Origin: Gammaproteobacteria bacterium
GTDB lineage: Bacteria > Pseudomonadota > Gammaproteobacteria > G965277405
Assembly (NCBI GenBank): GCA_965277405.1
Contig: OZ255726.1
Coordinates: 704,001-768,000 of the forward strand
Length of the DNA stretch: 64,000 nt
Reading direction: 5' to 3'
Made by a program: the position numbers and the translations under genes. The notes under the pieces were generated by a model that saw only the letters and a list, made by a program, of their open reading frames with translations, had not been told where the DNA came from and searched no databases. Positions 1-11,157 of the stretch are shown in pieces (within the stretch, counting starts at the first letter, position 1; every line of letters begins with the position of its first letter).

Positions 1-1
1 A

Positions 2-895
2 CTGAGTTACGATGGCATTGCCAACCTATTAGATGGACCAGTAATGCTGCTGTCAAATCACCGCGACATCGTGTTTGACCCTACCATTATTAGCTATGTG
101 CTATATCGATATAAAAACGACTCAACGCGAATTGCCATTGGTGACAACTTGTTGCACATTCCATTTGCCAGCGATTTAATGCGCCTAAATAAAAGCTTTA
201 TTGTCAATCGCAGTGAAACAAGTATCCGCAAAAAATATCAAGCACTCACATTGCTTTCTGAATACATCCATCACTCAATAGATGTCGATAAGCAAAGTAT
301 TTGGGTGGCACATAGAGAAGGACGCGCAAAAGATGGCATTGATAAAACAGATGAAGCAGTGATAAAGATGCTTTGCCTGGCTGATCGCAAGCAACCTTTT
401 TCACAACAAATCGACAACCTCAAATTGCACATTGTCACTATCAGTTACGAATATGACCCAACTGCAACACTCAAAGCAGAAGAACTATTGCAACGCGATA
501 CTCAGCTAAATTACTGCAAAGCTAATAACGAAGATATGCACAATGCATTAACAGGAATGTATGGGTATCGCGGCAAAGTACATCTATCTTTTAGCAAACA
601 AATTCATTGTGAAGATACGGCATCTCACACAGACATTGCCAATTTAATCGACCGCACTATACTTGACCAATACCATTTTTTTGCAAGCAACCTGACTGCT
701 TTGCATTATCTCAAAAACGATAAAAAATATCGGCCAGTATACGATTGGCTACAACCACAATATCCCCAACAGATGTGGACTGATGAAAAAATGCTATCGA
801 TACTTGATCAAGCGCATGCCAATATACGTTCAATCATTGCGCAAATGTATGCAAACCCATGTTGGTTTAAGTGGACATTAAGCAACATCTGCTGA
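2..895 (+). CDS. Glycerol-3-phosphate/1-acyl-glycerophosphate acyltransferase family protein (5' truncated by window edge)
   Basis: Frame open from position 2; SNHRDIVFDP (HX4D) and REGRAKDG acyltransferase motifs. Confidence 0.85.
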   Translation: MSYDGIANLLDGPVMLLSNHRDIVFDPTIISYVLYRYKNDSTRIAIGDNLLHIPFASDLMRLNKSFIVNRSETSIRKKYQALTLLSEYIHHSIDVDKQSIWVAHREGRAKDGIDKTDEAVIKMLCLADRKQPFSQQIDNLKLHIVTISYEYDPTATLKAEELLQRDTQLNYCKANNEDMHNALTGMYGYRGKVHLSFSKQIHCEDTASHTDIANLIDRTILDQYHFFASNLTALHYLKNDKKYRPVYDWLQPQYPQQMWTDEKMLSILDQAHANIRSIIAQMYANPCWFKWTLSNIC

Positions 896-906
896 ATACC
901 ACCACT

Positions 907-1563
907 TTAGATATTTTTCTTTGCCGCAGCCCATGATGTTGGTGTGCCAATGTCAAACCATTTGCCAGTATGTTCCACCATCCCTAATGTATTATTCGTG
1001 GCAGCATGGTGAAAACAATCTGCAAGATACACGCTAGAATTTAAGGAAAACAACTGCTGCTGCACCAAGCTTATCCCCGTATATATATAGCCAGCACTGC
1101 TATTGGCTGAAAATTCAATTTGCTGCAGGTCATCTATCTGAAAATCTGCTCGGCGCGCATCTTGGTAGCCGACAATAGTCGCAAGATGCGCTACTGTATG
1201 CTGGCGCATCAGTATGCGTACATCAAAATCATGCCAAATATCGACGTTAACGACCACCGCCTGCGCACTTTGCGTAAACAGTTGTGCCGCGGCATTGCGA
1301 ATGCCACCTGCGGTTTCCAAAGGGTGATCTTCGACAACTATTTGTATTGGAATAGGCCACGACTTGCTTGCGATATAATCAATAATGCGTTGACCGAGCC
1401 AACTGCAATTGACAATAACCGCGTCGATACCACAGCTGGCCAGCTGCTCAATATGCCGAGCAATCATTGGTTGATTGTTGACCGTTAATAATGCCTTCGG
1501 TGTGTGGAACGATATTGGGCGCATGCGTTTACCATAGCCTGCCGCCAGGATGATTGCCTTCAT
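907..1563 (-). CDS. murU: Nucleotidyltransferase, MurU-like (MurNAc-1P uridylyltransferase)
   Basis: MKAIILAAGYGKRMRP, PKALL, LETAGGI, WFDIGT motifs; 218 aa. Confidence 0.75.
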   Translation of the reverse strand: MKAIILAAGYGKRMRPISFHTPKALLTVNNQPMIARHIEQLASCGIDAVIVNCSWLGQRIIDYIASKSWPIPIQIVVEDHPLETAGGIRNAAAQLFTQSAQAVVVNVDIWHDFDVRILMRQHTVAHLATIVGYQDARRADFQIDDLQQIEFSANSSAGYIYTGISLVQQQLFSLNSSVYLADCFHHAATNNTLGMVEHTGKWFDIGTPTSWAAAKKNI

Positions 1564-1701
1564 GATTTATTTATTACCACGCCACTGCGATACCCCAATA
1601 GTTCATCAAGGTAACGCGTTGCAAGTGTGCTTAGCATTACCATTGGCAATTACAGTTGTCATCGACGCGATTTAGCCCTATGCAGAAAATTATTGGTTGA
1701 T

Positions 1702-2745
1702 TTAATTGGTTTTTGCGGCGGCGGTTGCTGGGGCGGCGGTTGCATTAATTTCGTCTGGCAAAAATTTCTTGCGGATAGATGCTTCAATTTCTGCCGCCAT
1801 TTGCGGATGTTCTTCTAAATATTTTGCGGCATTATTGCGCCCTTGCCCAACACGTTCGCCATTATAGCTATACCACGTACCTGCTTTTTCAACAAAGCCG
1901 TTGGCTACACCTAGGTCGATAATTTCCGCATGATGATAAATCCCTTTGTTATACATAATCTGAAATTCACATTGGCGAAATGGTGGTGCTACTTTGTTTT
2001 TTACCACTTTCACCCGGGTTTCATTGCCAACAATTTCATCACCATTTTTAACTGCGCCAATACGGCGGATATCTAAGCGAACCGAAGCATAGAATTTGAG
2101 CGCATTGCCGCCAGTCGTTGTTTCTGGTGAGCCAAACACCACTCCAATTTTCATCCGCAGTTGATTAATAAAAAGTACCATGGTATTGGTGCGTTTAATG
2201 TTACCGGTGATTTTCCGTAGTGCTTGAGACATCAGCCGCGCCTGCAAGCCAACATGGTGATCCCCCATATTTCCTTCGATTTCTGATTTTGGCGTTAATG
2301 CCGCAACTGAATCGATAACAACCACATCAACGCCGCCTGAGCGCACCAGCATATCGCAAATCTCAAGTGCTTGCTCGCCAGTATCTGGCTGAGAAACCAG
2401 CAGTTGATCAGTATTCACCCCAAGACGCTGCGCATAGTTTGGATCAAGCGCATGCTCTGCATCAATAAAAGCGGCAGTTCCGCCGTTGCGTTGAGATTCA
2501 GCAATTGTTTGCAATGCAAGAGTAGTTTTCCCTGAAGATTCTGGACCATACACCTCTACGACGCGACCGACAGGCAGTCCGCCGATACCCAAGGCAATAT
2601 CGAGCGCTAATGAACCAGTTGAGATTGCAGCAATTGCTACATGCTCTTGTTCACCAAGGCGCATAACAGAGCCCTTGCCAAATTGTCGCTCAATCTGTGC
2701 CAATGCTGCTGCTAATGCCTTTTGTTTTTTCTCATCCATTCTCAT
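1702..2745 (-). CDS. recA: Recombinase RecA
   Basis: GPESSGKTT Walker [28 protein letters not shown]. Confidence 0.99.
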   Translation of the reverse strand: MRMDEKKQKALAAALAQIERQFGKGSVMRLGEQEHVAIAAISTGSLALDIALGIGGLPVGRVVEVYGPESSGKTTLALQTIAESQRNGGTAAFIDAEHALDPNYAQRLGVNTDQLLVSQPDTGEQALEICDMLVRSGGVDVVVIDSVAALTPKSEIEGNMGDHHVGLQARLMSQALRKITGNIKRTNTMVLFINQLRMKIGVVFGSPETTTGGNALKFYASVRLDIRRIGAVKNGDEIVGNETRVKVVKNKVAPPFRQCEFQIMYNKGIYHHAEIIDLGVANGFVEKAGTWYSYNGERVGQGRNNAAKYLEEHPQMAAEIEASIRKKFLPDEINATAAPATAAAKTN

Positions 2746-3022
2746 CTCTGCTAATACACCGCATATAAATTGCTAATACTGCCACAGGTAGTGCAGCCTC
2801 TGTTTTCCCGCCATGTTGTCAACCACTTTTATCTAACAATGGTGATATATTTGCTGTAACTGCAATATAATAACCAGCTGATGCGGCAACATTGAGGATT
2901 GAAATCACCACTAGTTTTTTGGTTTGTTCACGCAACTGGTGATACATGATATCACTTGGCATCAATGTTTTATACACAACTAGTTATAACCATGCAGAGC
3001 AATACCGCAATATAGACGCGCA

Positions 3023-3412
3023 TCACCCCTTGCTCCATTGCACAATTTTACCGCGGTCAAATACATAGCCAGATTGCACAGACCGATAGCTTATAAACAC
3101 TTGTGACACTGGAATTGATGTCACTGCATGAATCACTCCAGCCAACTGTTGCAATAATTGTTGTACCCGCTCATCAGCAATCACATCGGCAGCAAACAGT
3201 TCGACATTAAGTGGATGTTGTTGTGGGTCGCACCATTCATACACCACACCGGCATGAGATAAATGACCAGGGTCAATAAAACGCCAATAGACAGAAATAG
3301 CAGCGAGTGCTAAACCGCTTATTTCAGAAAACTGTTTAGAAATTTGCTCAAGCGCACTGCCAATATCTTGCTCTTCAGCAAACGGCAGCGAAGTAATAGA
3401 AATCTGTGGCAT
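3023..3412 (-). CDS. Hypothetical protein, possible tautomerase/MIF-like fold
   Basis: 129 aa directly after lpxA; N-terminal Pro after Met, apparent repeated beta-alpha-beta pattern. Confidence 0.5.
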   Translation of the reverse strand: MPQISITSLPFAEEQDIGSALEQISKQFSEISGLALAAISVYWRFIDPGHLSHAGVVYEWCDPQQHPLNVELFAADVIADERVQQLLQQLAGVIHAVTSIPVSQVFISYRSVQSGYVFDRGKIVQWSKG

Positions 3413-3415
3413 GGT

Positions 3416-4228
3416 TTAAACTTGGTGCTGCAGCTTGGGGTTTTTTGGGTCAATACGCTGGATGATACTGCGGCGAAATGACCCCAGTGAATCCAGCATG
3501 ATGTGATGCGCCTTGGTGCCGTTCGCAATGGAACGGACACGTTCAACAACGTGTTTCTTACCAAGCGGTCCATTATAAACTGTTTTGAATACATGGAGCA
3601 TATCTTGGGTATCGTCAGCATCAAACCCTCTGCGTAGCATGCCGATTGTATTGATTCCATACGCTCGAGCACGATTACCAGAGGCTAAGAAAAACGCTGG
3701 AACATCTCTGGATACCGCCGATGACTGGCCAATCATTGCATACGCGCCAATCGTAGAGAATTGATGTACAGTTGTATACCCACCTATAATCGCGTAGCTG
3801 CCGATCACAACATGACCGGCTATTGCTGCGTTATTTGCCATTACCAAATGGTTACCAAGGATACAATCGTGGGCAATATGCGCGCCCACCATAATAAAAT
3901 TATTATTACCTATTTCAGTAATGCCGCGATGATGTGAAGAACCACGATGAATAGTTACGTGCTCACGAATTATATTATTATCCCCAATACGCAATTCAAC
4001 TGCTACTGATCTATCGCAATTTAGGTCTTGACAATCAACCCCAATCGCTGCAAACGGGTACAGTTGATTATTCTCACCAATTGTTGTTGTACCTTCAATC
4101 ACCACATGGGAATGCACTACGGTGTTTTGTCCAATATGAACGTTAGCGCCGATGCGACAAAATGCGCCAATTACTACAGACTCATCAATCTGTGCGGATG
4201 CATCTATTAAGGCTGTGCTATCAATCAT
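3416..4228 (-). CDS. lpxA: UDP-GlcNAc acyltransferase
   Basis: Hexapeptide repeats, IREHVTIHRG, HIAHDC; start moved to MIDSTALID (4228). Confidence 0.96.
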   Translation of the reverse strand: MIDSTALIDASAQIDESVVIGAFCRIGANVHIGQNTVVHSHVVIEGTTTIGENNQLYPFAAIGVDCQDLNCDRSVAVELRIGDNNIIREHVTIHRGSSHHRGITEIGNNNFIMVGAHIAHDCILGNHLVMANNAAIAGHVVIGSYAIIGGYTTVHQFSTIGAYAMIGQSSAVSRDVPAFFLASGNRARAYGINTIGMLRRGFDADDTQDMLHVFKTVYNGPLGKKHVVERVRSIANGTKAHHIMLDSLGSFRRSIIQRIDPKNPKLQHQV

Positions 4229-4673
4229 CTTGATCGATTTGTTGATGCGCACACAAAATTTCTGCAGAACAGATCATTGTATCGCCAACTGATGCTCGGC
4301 AAAAAAAACGCCACATATTGCGTTTATTTTTGATGATTTCGGAATACAAATCAAGCCGATCTCCTGGCTCGACAGGATGACGAAACCGTAGCTTATCCAC
4401 CCCAACGAATATATAAATCGAAGACTCTTTTGGCTCAATATTCATCGTGCGAAAACCCAGCAGACCAGAGGATTGCGCCATTGCTTCAAGCGTCAATACT
4501 CCTGGAAAAATGGGCTTGTTAGGAAAGTGCCCTGGAAAATACCATTCATTAAAGCTGATATTTTTATAACAATGAATATGCCTACCAGGTTGCAGATCAG
4601 TAACTCGGTCGATTAACAGAAAAGGATATCTGTGGGGTAAATAGCGCTGGATGTCATCAATTTTCATTTCCAT
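4221..4673 (-). CDS. fabZ: 3-hydroxyacyl-ACP dehydratase
   Basis: LPHRYPFLLIDR, FPGHFP, EAMAQ; lpxD-fabZ-lpxA order. Confidence 0.98.
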   Translation of the reverse strand: MEMKIDDIQRYLPHRYPFLLIDRVTDLQPGRHIHCYKNISFNEWYFPGHFPNKPIFPGVLTLEAMAQSSGLLGFRTMNIEPKESSIYIFVGVDKLRFRHPVEPGDRLDLYSEIIKNKRNMWRFFCRASVGDTMICSAEILCAHQQIDQDD

Positions 4674-5664
4674 GAGTTTTGCTCTCTAAAATTTTTTTTA
4701 ATCGAATGTGCATTTTCTGCCACTGCCTATGCTCAAACAACTGGATAAAACCACTTGAATACCTGCCAGCCTTCATTATGTTTTTTATCACTGTTGTAAA
4801 GCCAGAAATAGTGACATCGTCGGCAATGCGCATGTGATCGCTTATCACCACACTACCACCAATGGTACAACGCGCACCAACTACCGTACTGCCACCTATT
4901 AAACATCCTGCAGAAATAACAGTATCATCACCAACTGTTACATTATGTGCCAGCTGGCATAAATTATCGATTTTCACTCTATTGCCAACAGTAGTTGTAA
5001 TATTTGGAAATGTAGCCCTATCAATACAAGTGTTAGCTCCAATTTCCACATCGCTCCCTATGACAACACCACCTAACTGGGCAATTTTTGTATTGACAGC
5101 ACCATCGCGTACATAGCCAAACCCATCAGCACCAATCCTGCAGCCACTATGTAAAATAACTCGCTCACCAATCTTGGATTCGTGGTAGATACAACTCTGC
5201 GGATGGAATATGCAAGCTGCTGCAATCTGAGAATTCCTGCCGATAAACACTCCTGCACCAATAACGCAGCCATCACCAATCACAACGTCTTCCTCAATCA
5301 CCACATGCGGGGCAATCGAAACATTACTACCAATTTGGGCGGTAGCAGCAATCCACGCAGCAGCATGTGCTGCGCCATAGCGCGTTGGCAATGGTGCAAA
5401 GCGCTGCCCTAGGATTGCTAATGCAAGCTGTGGACGTTTCACAATCAGCTGTGTTGTGTTAGTGGCGTCAATTCGCGCATTGACCACCAGCAACCCAGCG
5501 CGGCATGCCTGCGCCAGTTCACTGTGTTTGCTATCAAATACAAATGCTATGTCGGTTGCTCCTGCGTGTGCTAACGACGCTAACGCAAATAACTGCTGGT
5601 TGCCATCATTGCAATTGTGCAATATACCATGTGTTAGTAAAGCGCATTCGTCATACGTAAGCAC
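4657..5664 (-). CDS. lpxD: UDP-3-O-acyl-glucosamine N-acyltransferase
   Basis: IGADGFGY, EIGANTCIDRA, KIDNLCQLAHNV. Confidence 0.96.
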   Translation of the reverse strand: MLTYDECALLTHGILHNCNDGNQQLFALASLAHAGATDIAFVFDSKHSELAQACRAGLLVVNARIDATNTTQLIVKRPQLALAILGQRFAPLPTRYGAAHAAAWIAATAQIGSNVSIAPHVVIEEDVVIGDGCVIGAGVFIGRNSQIAAACIFHPQSCIYHESKIGERVILHSGCRIGADGFGYVRDGAVNTKIAQLGGVVIGSDVEIGANTCIDRATFPNITTTVGNRVKIDNLCQLAHNVTVGDDTVISAGCLIGGSTVVGARCTIGGSVVISDHMRIADDVTISGFTTVIKNIMKAGRYSSGFIQLFEHRQWQKMHIRLKKILESKTHGNEN

Positions 5665-5668
5665 ATAC

Positions 5669-6163
5669 TTACTCCATCATCGTATTTAGTTTTTCGCGCA
5701 ATTCATCGGTAATATCCAAACTCGTTGAATAATATACAACGCCTACTTTGTCTAACACAGCGCTAACTTTGTATTTTGTACTAAGCTCCTTGATTGCGCT
5801 ATCAATAAGGTCGCGATTTGCGCTTACGAAGGCATTCTCCCGCTGCATCCTCTTCCGTTCCATTGCAGACAGTATTTCATTATACTGCTGCGTTTTTGTA
5901 TTTAGTTCAAACGTCATTTTTTGTATTTCTGCATCGGTTAAAATATCTTTATCTTTTAGTATCGCTGTTCTATCAGCGGTAATCTCGCTTTGCATGCTCT
6001 TAACCTTGGCGATCTCTGCTGTGTTTTCTTCGGCCATTTCTTCATTAATTTGCAATGCCTTGTTGGTAGTAAACAACGCTTGCCTCCAATCAACAATCAC
6101 AAAGTCTGCAGCAAATACATACGACGACAGACATGCTAATACACATACAAACAGGTGTTTCAT
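5669..6163 (-). CDS. skp: Periplasmic chaperone Skp/OmpH
   Basis: Signal peptide from MKHLF (6163), coiled coil, C-terminal DITD; between bamA and lpxD. Confidence 0.88.
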   Translation of the reverse strand: MKHLFVCVLACLSSYVFAADFVIVDWRQALFTTNKALQINEEMAEENTAEIAKVKSMQSEITADRTAILKDKDILTDAEIQKMTFELNTKTQQYNEILSAMERKRMQRENAFVSANRDLIDSAIKELSTKYKVSAVLDKVGVVYYSTSLDITDELREKLNTMME

Positions 6164-6249
6164 AATTTTCCTAGTTAAAATAAAGACCGCAATACTATCT
6201 CGCATTACTAGTTTTGTAGCAACCGAGCATAAATAAACCCTCGGAACTA

Positions 6250-8571
6250 TCAGTACACAGCGCCTAAACTGAATTCAAAAGCACTCACTGCGTCTCCTTC
6301 ACCAGGGTTAATCGCTCGGTTAAAGTGAAACCCAAGTGGTGCGAGTGGTGTCATCCAAATTATAGATAGTCCAACTGTACGCTTCAATTCTTGTAAACGC
6401 ACTCCTGGGTTACAAGATGGCTTGACAACATAGCAGCGGTCAACAAACACGTTCGCCATATCGTGGTACAACGAAAAACGTGCGGACTTTGTTTCAACCC
6501 ATAATGGAAATATCAACTCTGTAGTTTGTTGAATCAAAATATTGCCGCCAAGTGTTCCTGCGTCGCTGCCGTTTGCATTTGTTGCTTTTACACCCTGTGA
6601 TGTTGCCGAATAGCCACGCAATGTACCATAGCCACCCACATACGAGTTCGCGGTGAATGGCACTACTTTACGCGAGCCATATGAGCCACTGTACGTTAAT
6701 TTTGTTGAAAATTTTGTCGTCCAACTCTCATTCTTACTTATTGGGACATAGTATGTGCCTGTATAATGCAGCGTTGCATATTGCGGTGTAGTTCTATCGC
6801 CAACTTTCAATTTTAAACCAAAAGATTGCATGCCTCCAGAGGTGGGAAACACACCACGATTTAAAGCATTCTGCGCAACCCCAACGTACACATTTAACTC
6901 AGTAATAGTGTTACCGTATACATTTGTCAGCGCCGTTATTTCTTGAATTGGAGCTGACCCCAACACAAAATCTTTATTATCGATACCAAATCCATAGTTG
7001 ACAAACACCGTATTCGCAACTGGATAGCCAAGCCCGAGACTCCCGCCATAGCTGTTGAATGCATAATTCGCAATCGTCGAAGAATCGGTATAATCAGTGT
7101 TGTTGATATAGCCGCTAGTACTTAAGCTGACACGATCCTCGCCAAAATTGGGCTGATCATACGAAAAGCTAAGTTGCTTGGTGGTACTCGCAGTATTCAT
7201 GTTTGCGGACACTGCATTGCCTGTTCCAAGATAATTACTATCTTGGTATTGCAATATCAGCCCAGCCCCACCCATTGTTGAATATTGTACACCGCCTGAA
7301 ATCGAGCCAGACGGCGCTTCGACAATATTGATTTTAATATCAATCTGGCTCGGCACTCCTGGAATGTGATGAATTTCATGAGACACTTGCTCGATATAAG
7401 GCTTACGCCGAATACGCTTAATCGATGCGTTTAAGCGTGAGCGTGAAAACCAACTTGCCTCAAGCTGTAACAGCTCTACGCGCAAGGTAGTGTCTGCTGT
7501 CGTCGTATTTCCCGTAAAGATAATCCTGCGTACGTACACACGCTCTCTTGGATTGATAAAAATCTCAAGTGTCATGTGGCGGTTCTCTGTTTTAATTTCA
7601 TTGGTGCGAACTTGCGCATTACCGTAGCCGCGGTCGCCTAATTTTTCAGTGATATTGGCCTCAAGCTGCGAAATGCTCTGTGCAGAATAATCATCGCCAA
7701 CTGCAATAAATTCCTGTTGTTGATATTCCTCAAGCGGATAAATTAAGCTGCCGCGATAATCAATGACATCGATGGTATAGTGCTCGCCTTCATCGACTAC
7801 AATAGTGATATAAATACTTTTTTTGTCAGTGCTCACCGACACGGTCGTGTCGATAATAGTGAAATCAGCATAGCCACGGTTGCGGTAGAATAGTTGCAAT
7901 CGCTCTAAATCACCACTTAGTTTTGCCCGCTGATAGTCATTGCTATGGAATATATTGCTCAGTACACCGCGTTGCTCCAACTCAAACTGTGCTAATAACT
8001 CATTGCTTGAAAACGCATGATTGCCAATAAATAAAATTTCGGCAACAATACTGGTCGGCACTTCTTGAATATCAATCATAACCTTCACCTGCGTGTCGCT
8101 AAGGTTTTCAACTTTGGTGGTAATGACAGTCCCATAACGACCATTTTGACTGTAAAAATAATCGATATTGTTGATAGTTGTATCAAGAAAGTTTCGTTGC
8201 AAAATCTCGCCTTCCACTACGCCAATTTTCTTGAGTTCTTTGCGAATATCATCTTCTTGAATAAGGGTGTTTCCTTTGAAGGTGATTTCTTGAATGGTTG
8301 GTCGTTCAACTAAATCAACGACTAAAACATCACCTTCACGGCTAAAGATAATGTCGTCGAAATAGCCGCTAGCAAATAAGGCTTCGAAGGCATTATCTAA
8401 TAATTGTTGATCAAACTCATCACCAATCCGCACCGTCATATTCGCAAACACAACATCAGCACTTATCACTTTGAGACCTTTCACCGTAATGTCGCTAATA
8501 CTCCCAGCCGCAGCTACAGCTGTACTCAACACCAACAGCGCTGCGCAACCAATGCATAGTATTTTATTCAT
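6250..8571 (-). CDS. bamA: Outer membrane protein assembly factor BamA
   Basis: POTRA repeats, LRGY loop motif, WMTPLAPL, terminal FEFSLG. Confidence 0.96.
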   Translation of the reverse strand: MNKILCIGCAALLVLSTAVAAAGSISDITVKGLKVISADVVFANMTVRIGDEFDQQLLDNAFEALFASGYFDDIIFSREGDVLVVDLVERPTIQEITFKGNTLIQEDDIRKELKKIGVVEGEILQRNFLDTTINNIDYFYSQNGRYGTVITTKVENLSDTQVKVMIDIQEVPTSIVAEILFIGNHAFSSNELLAQFELEQRGVLSNIFHSNDYQRAKLSGDLERLQLFYRNRGYADFTIIDTTVSVSTDKKSIYITIVVDEGEHYTIDVIDYRGSLIYPLEEYQQQEFIAVGDDYSAQSISQLEANITEKLGDRGYGNAQVRTNEIKTENRHMTLEIFINPRERVYVRRIIFTGNTTTADTTLRVELLQLEASWFSRSRLNASIKRIRRKPYIEQVSHEIHHIPGVPSQIDIKINIVEAPSGSISGGVQYSTMGGAGLILQYQDSNYLGTGNAVSANMNTASTTKQLSFSYDQPNFGEDRVSLSTSGYINNTDYTDSSTIANYAFNSYGGSLGLGYPVANTVFVNYGFGIDNKDFVLGSAPIQEITALTNVYGNTITELNVYVGVAQNALNRGVFPTSGGMQSFGLKLKVGDRTTPQYATLHYTGTYYVPISKNESWTTKFSTKLTYSGSYGSRKVVPFTANSYVGGYGTLRGYSATSQGVKATNANGSDAGTLGGNILIQQTTELIFPLWVETKSARFSLYHDMANVFVDRCYVVKPSCNPGVRLQELKRTVGLSIIWMTPLAPLGFHFNRAINPGEGDAVSAFEFSLGAVY

Positions 8572-9959
8572 AACGCAACAAAGTCATTAAAAACAGCAAT
8601 TCCCATAAATAACGCCAAAAAAACCATACCAAATCGCATCGCATACTGTTGCGCATATGCACTAAGGGGCACACCTCGGACCGCCTCAATGCAATAAAAA
8701 AATAAGTGTCCACCATCAAGCATTGGAATTGGCAGCATATTCAATACCCCCAACGACACGCTCAGCAAAGCGCAAAAGATAATAAACTGCTGCAAACCAT
8801 ATTCAGCACTTTGTCCCGCATATTTGGCGATACGTAGCGGTCCACTAAGCGTTTGAATTGACATTTTGCCAGTAATCAATTTATACAGTCCGACCAAGGT
8901 TAGCTTAACCATTTGCAAAGTAGACGCACCACCTTGCCAAACCGCTTGCAATACATTCGGCTGCGCAGTTGTATATAATTCCGCTGGCAGTGCTGGCATA
9001 ACAACTTGTACACCAACGCTATAGCGCTTGTTTGTTTGGTTCATTATTGGAGTAACTTGCAGCGTAAACGGCTGCCCATCCCGCAATATTCCAACAGCAA
9101 GCGTGGCACCATTTGAGGCAATAACCCGCGCAACAAAATCAGACCAGTTGACAATTGCCAGCTGATTCACCGCAGTAATTTTATCATTTGTAAGAATCCC
9201 AGCTGCAGCCGCTGGAGAATTCTCCACTACTCGTTGAATACGTGCAGGGACGTCCAGTCGTAACGGCGCAATGCCAAGCGCAGCCAATGTATCTGGCTCT
9301 GCTGCAGTTGACAACCAGTCTGCAATGGGCAATTGATACTGTGCAGCAGCAGCGGTATTGAATACAAGTTTTGGCAACTCCACTCCAGCGTTCCAACTCT
9401 GCTGTATTTGCTCAATCACTGCTTGTTGCTGGGTAACATCGACAACAATCGCACCACTATCACCAATACGCTGCAACAAGGCAAAATGTGCATCCTGCCA
9501 ATTATGTATCGGTTGACCATCGATAGCGGTAATCATATCGCCCCGCTGCATTCCTGCAGTTGCTGCAAGTTTGCTTGGCGCATCAACATATGCCGCCATC
9601 GTTGTGACCCCCATCAATGCAGCCATGCTATACAACACCAATGCCAACACCAGGTTTGCCAACGGTCCGGCAACAACGATTGCTATCCGCTTTGTTAGCG
9701 ATTGCATATCAAAACATTGGCGGTGATTGGCTGCGGTTGTGGCATGTGACTCTAGCATTTGCACATACCCTCCAAGTGGAATCATACATACGACATATGC
9801 CGTACCTTTGCTGTCATGAAAACGCAATATTGGTTTCCCAAACCCGATTGAAAACTTAAGCACAGTAACGCCACATGCTCTGGCAACAGCAAAGTGACCA
9901 TATTCATGGAATGCAATCAGTAAGGTAAATGCAGCCAGAGCAGAGAGAATTGTCAGCAT
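8568..9959 (-). CDS. rseP: RIP metalloprotease RseP
   Basis: HEYGH zinc motif, PLGGYV, PDZ domains, NMLPIPMLDGGH. Confidence 0.97.
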   Translation of the reverse strand: MLTILSALAAFTLLIAFHEYGHFAVARACGVTVLKFSIGFGKPILRFHDSKGTAYVVCMIPLGGYVQMLESHATTAANHRQCFDMQSLTKRIAIVVAGPLANLVLALVLYSMAALMGVTTMAAYVDAPSKLAATAGMQRGDMITAIDGQPIHNWQDAHFALLQRIGDSGAIVVDVTQQQAVIEQIQQSWNAGVELPKLVFNTAAAAQYQLPIADWLSTAAEPDTLAALGIAPLRLDVPARIQRVVENSPAAAAGILTNDKITAVNQLAIVNWSDFVARVIASNGATLAVGILRDGQPFTLQVTPIMNQTNKRYSVGVQVVMPALPAELYTTAQPNVLQAVWQGGASTLQMVKLTLVGLYKLITGKMSIQTLSGPLRIAKYAGQSAEYGLQQFIIFCALLSVSLGVLNMLPIPMLDGGHLFFYCIEAVRGVPLSAYAQQYAMRFGMVFLALFMGIAVFNDFVAL

Positions 9960-9989
9960 ATAATCAGCCTTTGGTAAGTATATAAAAGT

Positions 9990-11153
9990 TTATGAAGCAC
10001 TAGCGATCCAACGATCAACAGTCCTGCGTGTATATTGATCAACATACAATACTTCATCAATAGTTGTTGGTCTGGAATACGATAATTCATTCACCGCGCG
10101 CAGCACAATTTCATCAATTGCATCAAAGCGTATGGTGTTGTTCAAAAAAGCGGCAACAGCTACTTCATTGGCGGCATTAAGAATATTCCCCTGTGTTGCA
10201 TCATAGCGAATAATTTCACGAGCAATAGCCACAATAGGAAAGCGCCGTTCATCGATTGGCATGAATTCCAGCGTGCCTAGCTGCGTTACATCAACAGGAG
10301 CAATACCCGTCTTGATTTTATTTGGGCTACCAAGTGAGTTGCCAATCGCCACAGCCATATCTGGCGGACCAAGGTGAGCAATCAGCGAACCATCAATAAA
10401 GCCAACCAGACCATGTACTATACTTTTTGGATGCAACACCACGCGTATCTGCTTTGCTTGCAGCGCAAATAACCAATGTGCTTCAAGCATCTCCAGGGAC
10501 TTGTTAATCATCGTTGCCGAATCAACAGATACTTTTTTGCCCATCGACCAATTTGGATGAGCGCATGCCTGTGCCACGGTAACTTGTGGCAGTTGCTCAC
10601 GAGTGAGCATGCGCAGCGGCCCACCAGATGCCGTGATGACCACATGGTCAACACCAGCAACAGCCTGACCACAACGTGGATAACCCAAACATTGCCACAA
10701 GGCATTGTGCTCGCTATCAATAGGCACTAACTCCGCTTGGTGTTGATCTATAACATCCATCAGAATATTGCCTGCGCTTACCAATGACTCTTTATTTGCT
10801 AATACAATTCTTTTGCCTTGTTGTGCCGCGTGCACAGTCGCCTCCAATCCAGCCACACCAACAATGCCGTTAACCAACACGTCGTATTCAACGCTATCGA
10901 GTAATTGGGTGTTGCTCTGCGAGCCTTGAAATACTTCGATGCCTGCCAGACACGAAACATCTACCTGCGTATCAATGACTGCAGCCGCGCTACATGCATG
11001 TGCATGGCATATACTAGCTAAATCATGCACGGCACTATGGGCGCTCACAGCAACAATACGCAACACATCGCTATTGCGCTGAATGACTTGACGGGTTGTT
11101 GTGCCAATAGAGCCCGTGGCGCCTAAAATAATGACACGCTGTTGCATAGACAT
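9990..11153 (-). CDS. dxr: 1-deoxy-D-xylulose-5-phosphate reductoisomerase
   Basis: GATGSIG, LANKES, PIDSEH, HPNWSMG. Confidence 0.98.
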   Translation of the reverse strand: MSMQQRVIILGATGSIGTTTRQVIQRNSDVLRIVAVSAHSAVHDLASICHAHACSAAAVIDTQVDVSCLAGIEVFQGSQSNTQLLDSVEYDVLVNGIVGVAGLEATVHAAQQGKRIVLANKESLVSAGNILMDVIDQHQAELVPIDSEHNALWQCLGYPRCGQAVAGVDHVVITASGGPLRMLTREQLPQVTVAQACAHPNWSMGKKVSVDSATMINKSLEMLEAHWLFALQAKQIRVVLHPKSIVHGLVGFIDGSLIAHLGPPDMAVAIGNSLGSPNKIKTGIAPVDVTQLGTLEFMPIDERRFPIVAIAREIIRYDATQGNILNAANEVAVAAFLNNTIRFDAIDEIVLRAVNELSYSRPTTIDEVLYVDQYTRRTVDRWIASAS

Positions 11154-11157
11154 ATCG

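Noticed and set aside
2860-2965. LexA box upstream of recA
   Set aside because: Best candidate is CTG-N12-CAG rather than CTGT-N8-ACAG; the nearby GTGATA/TATCAC palindrome is too short to call
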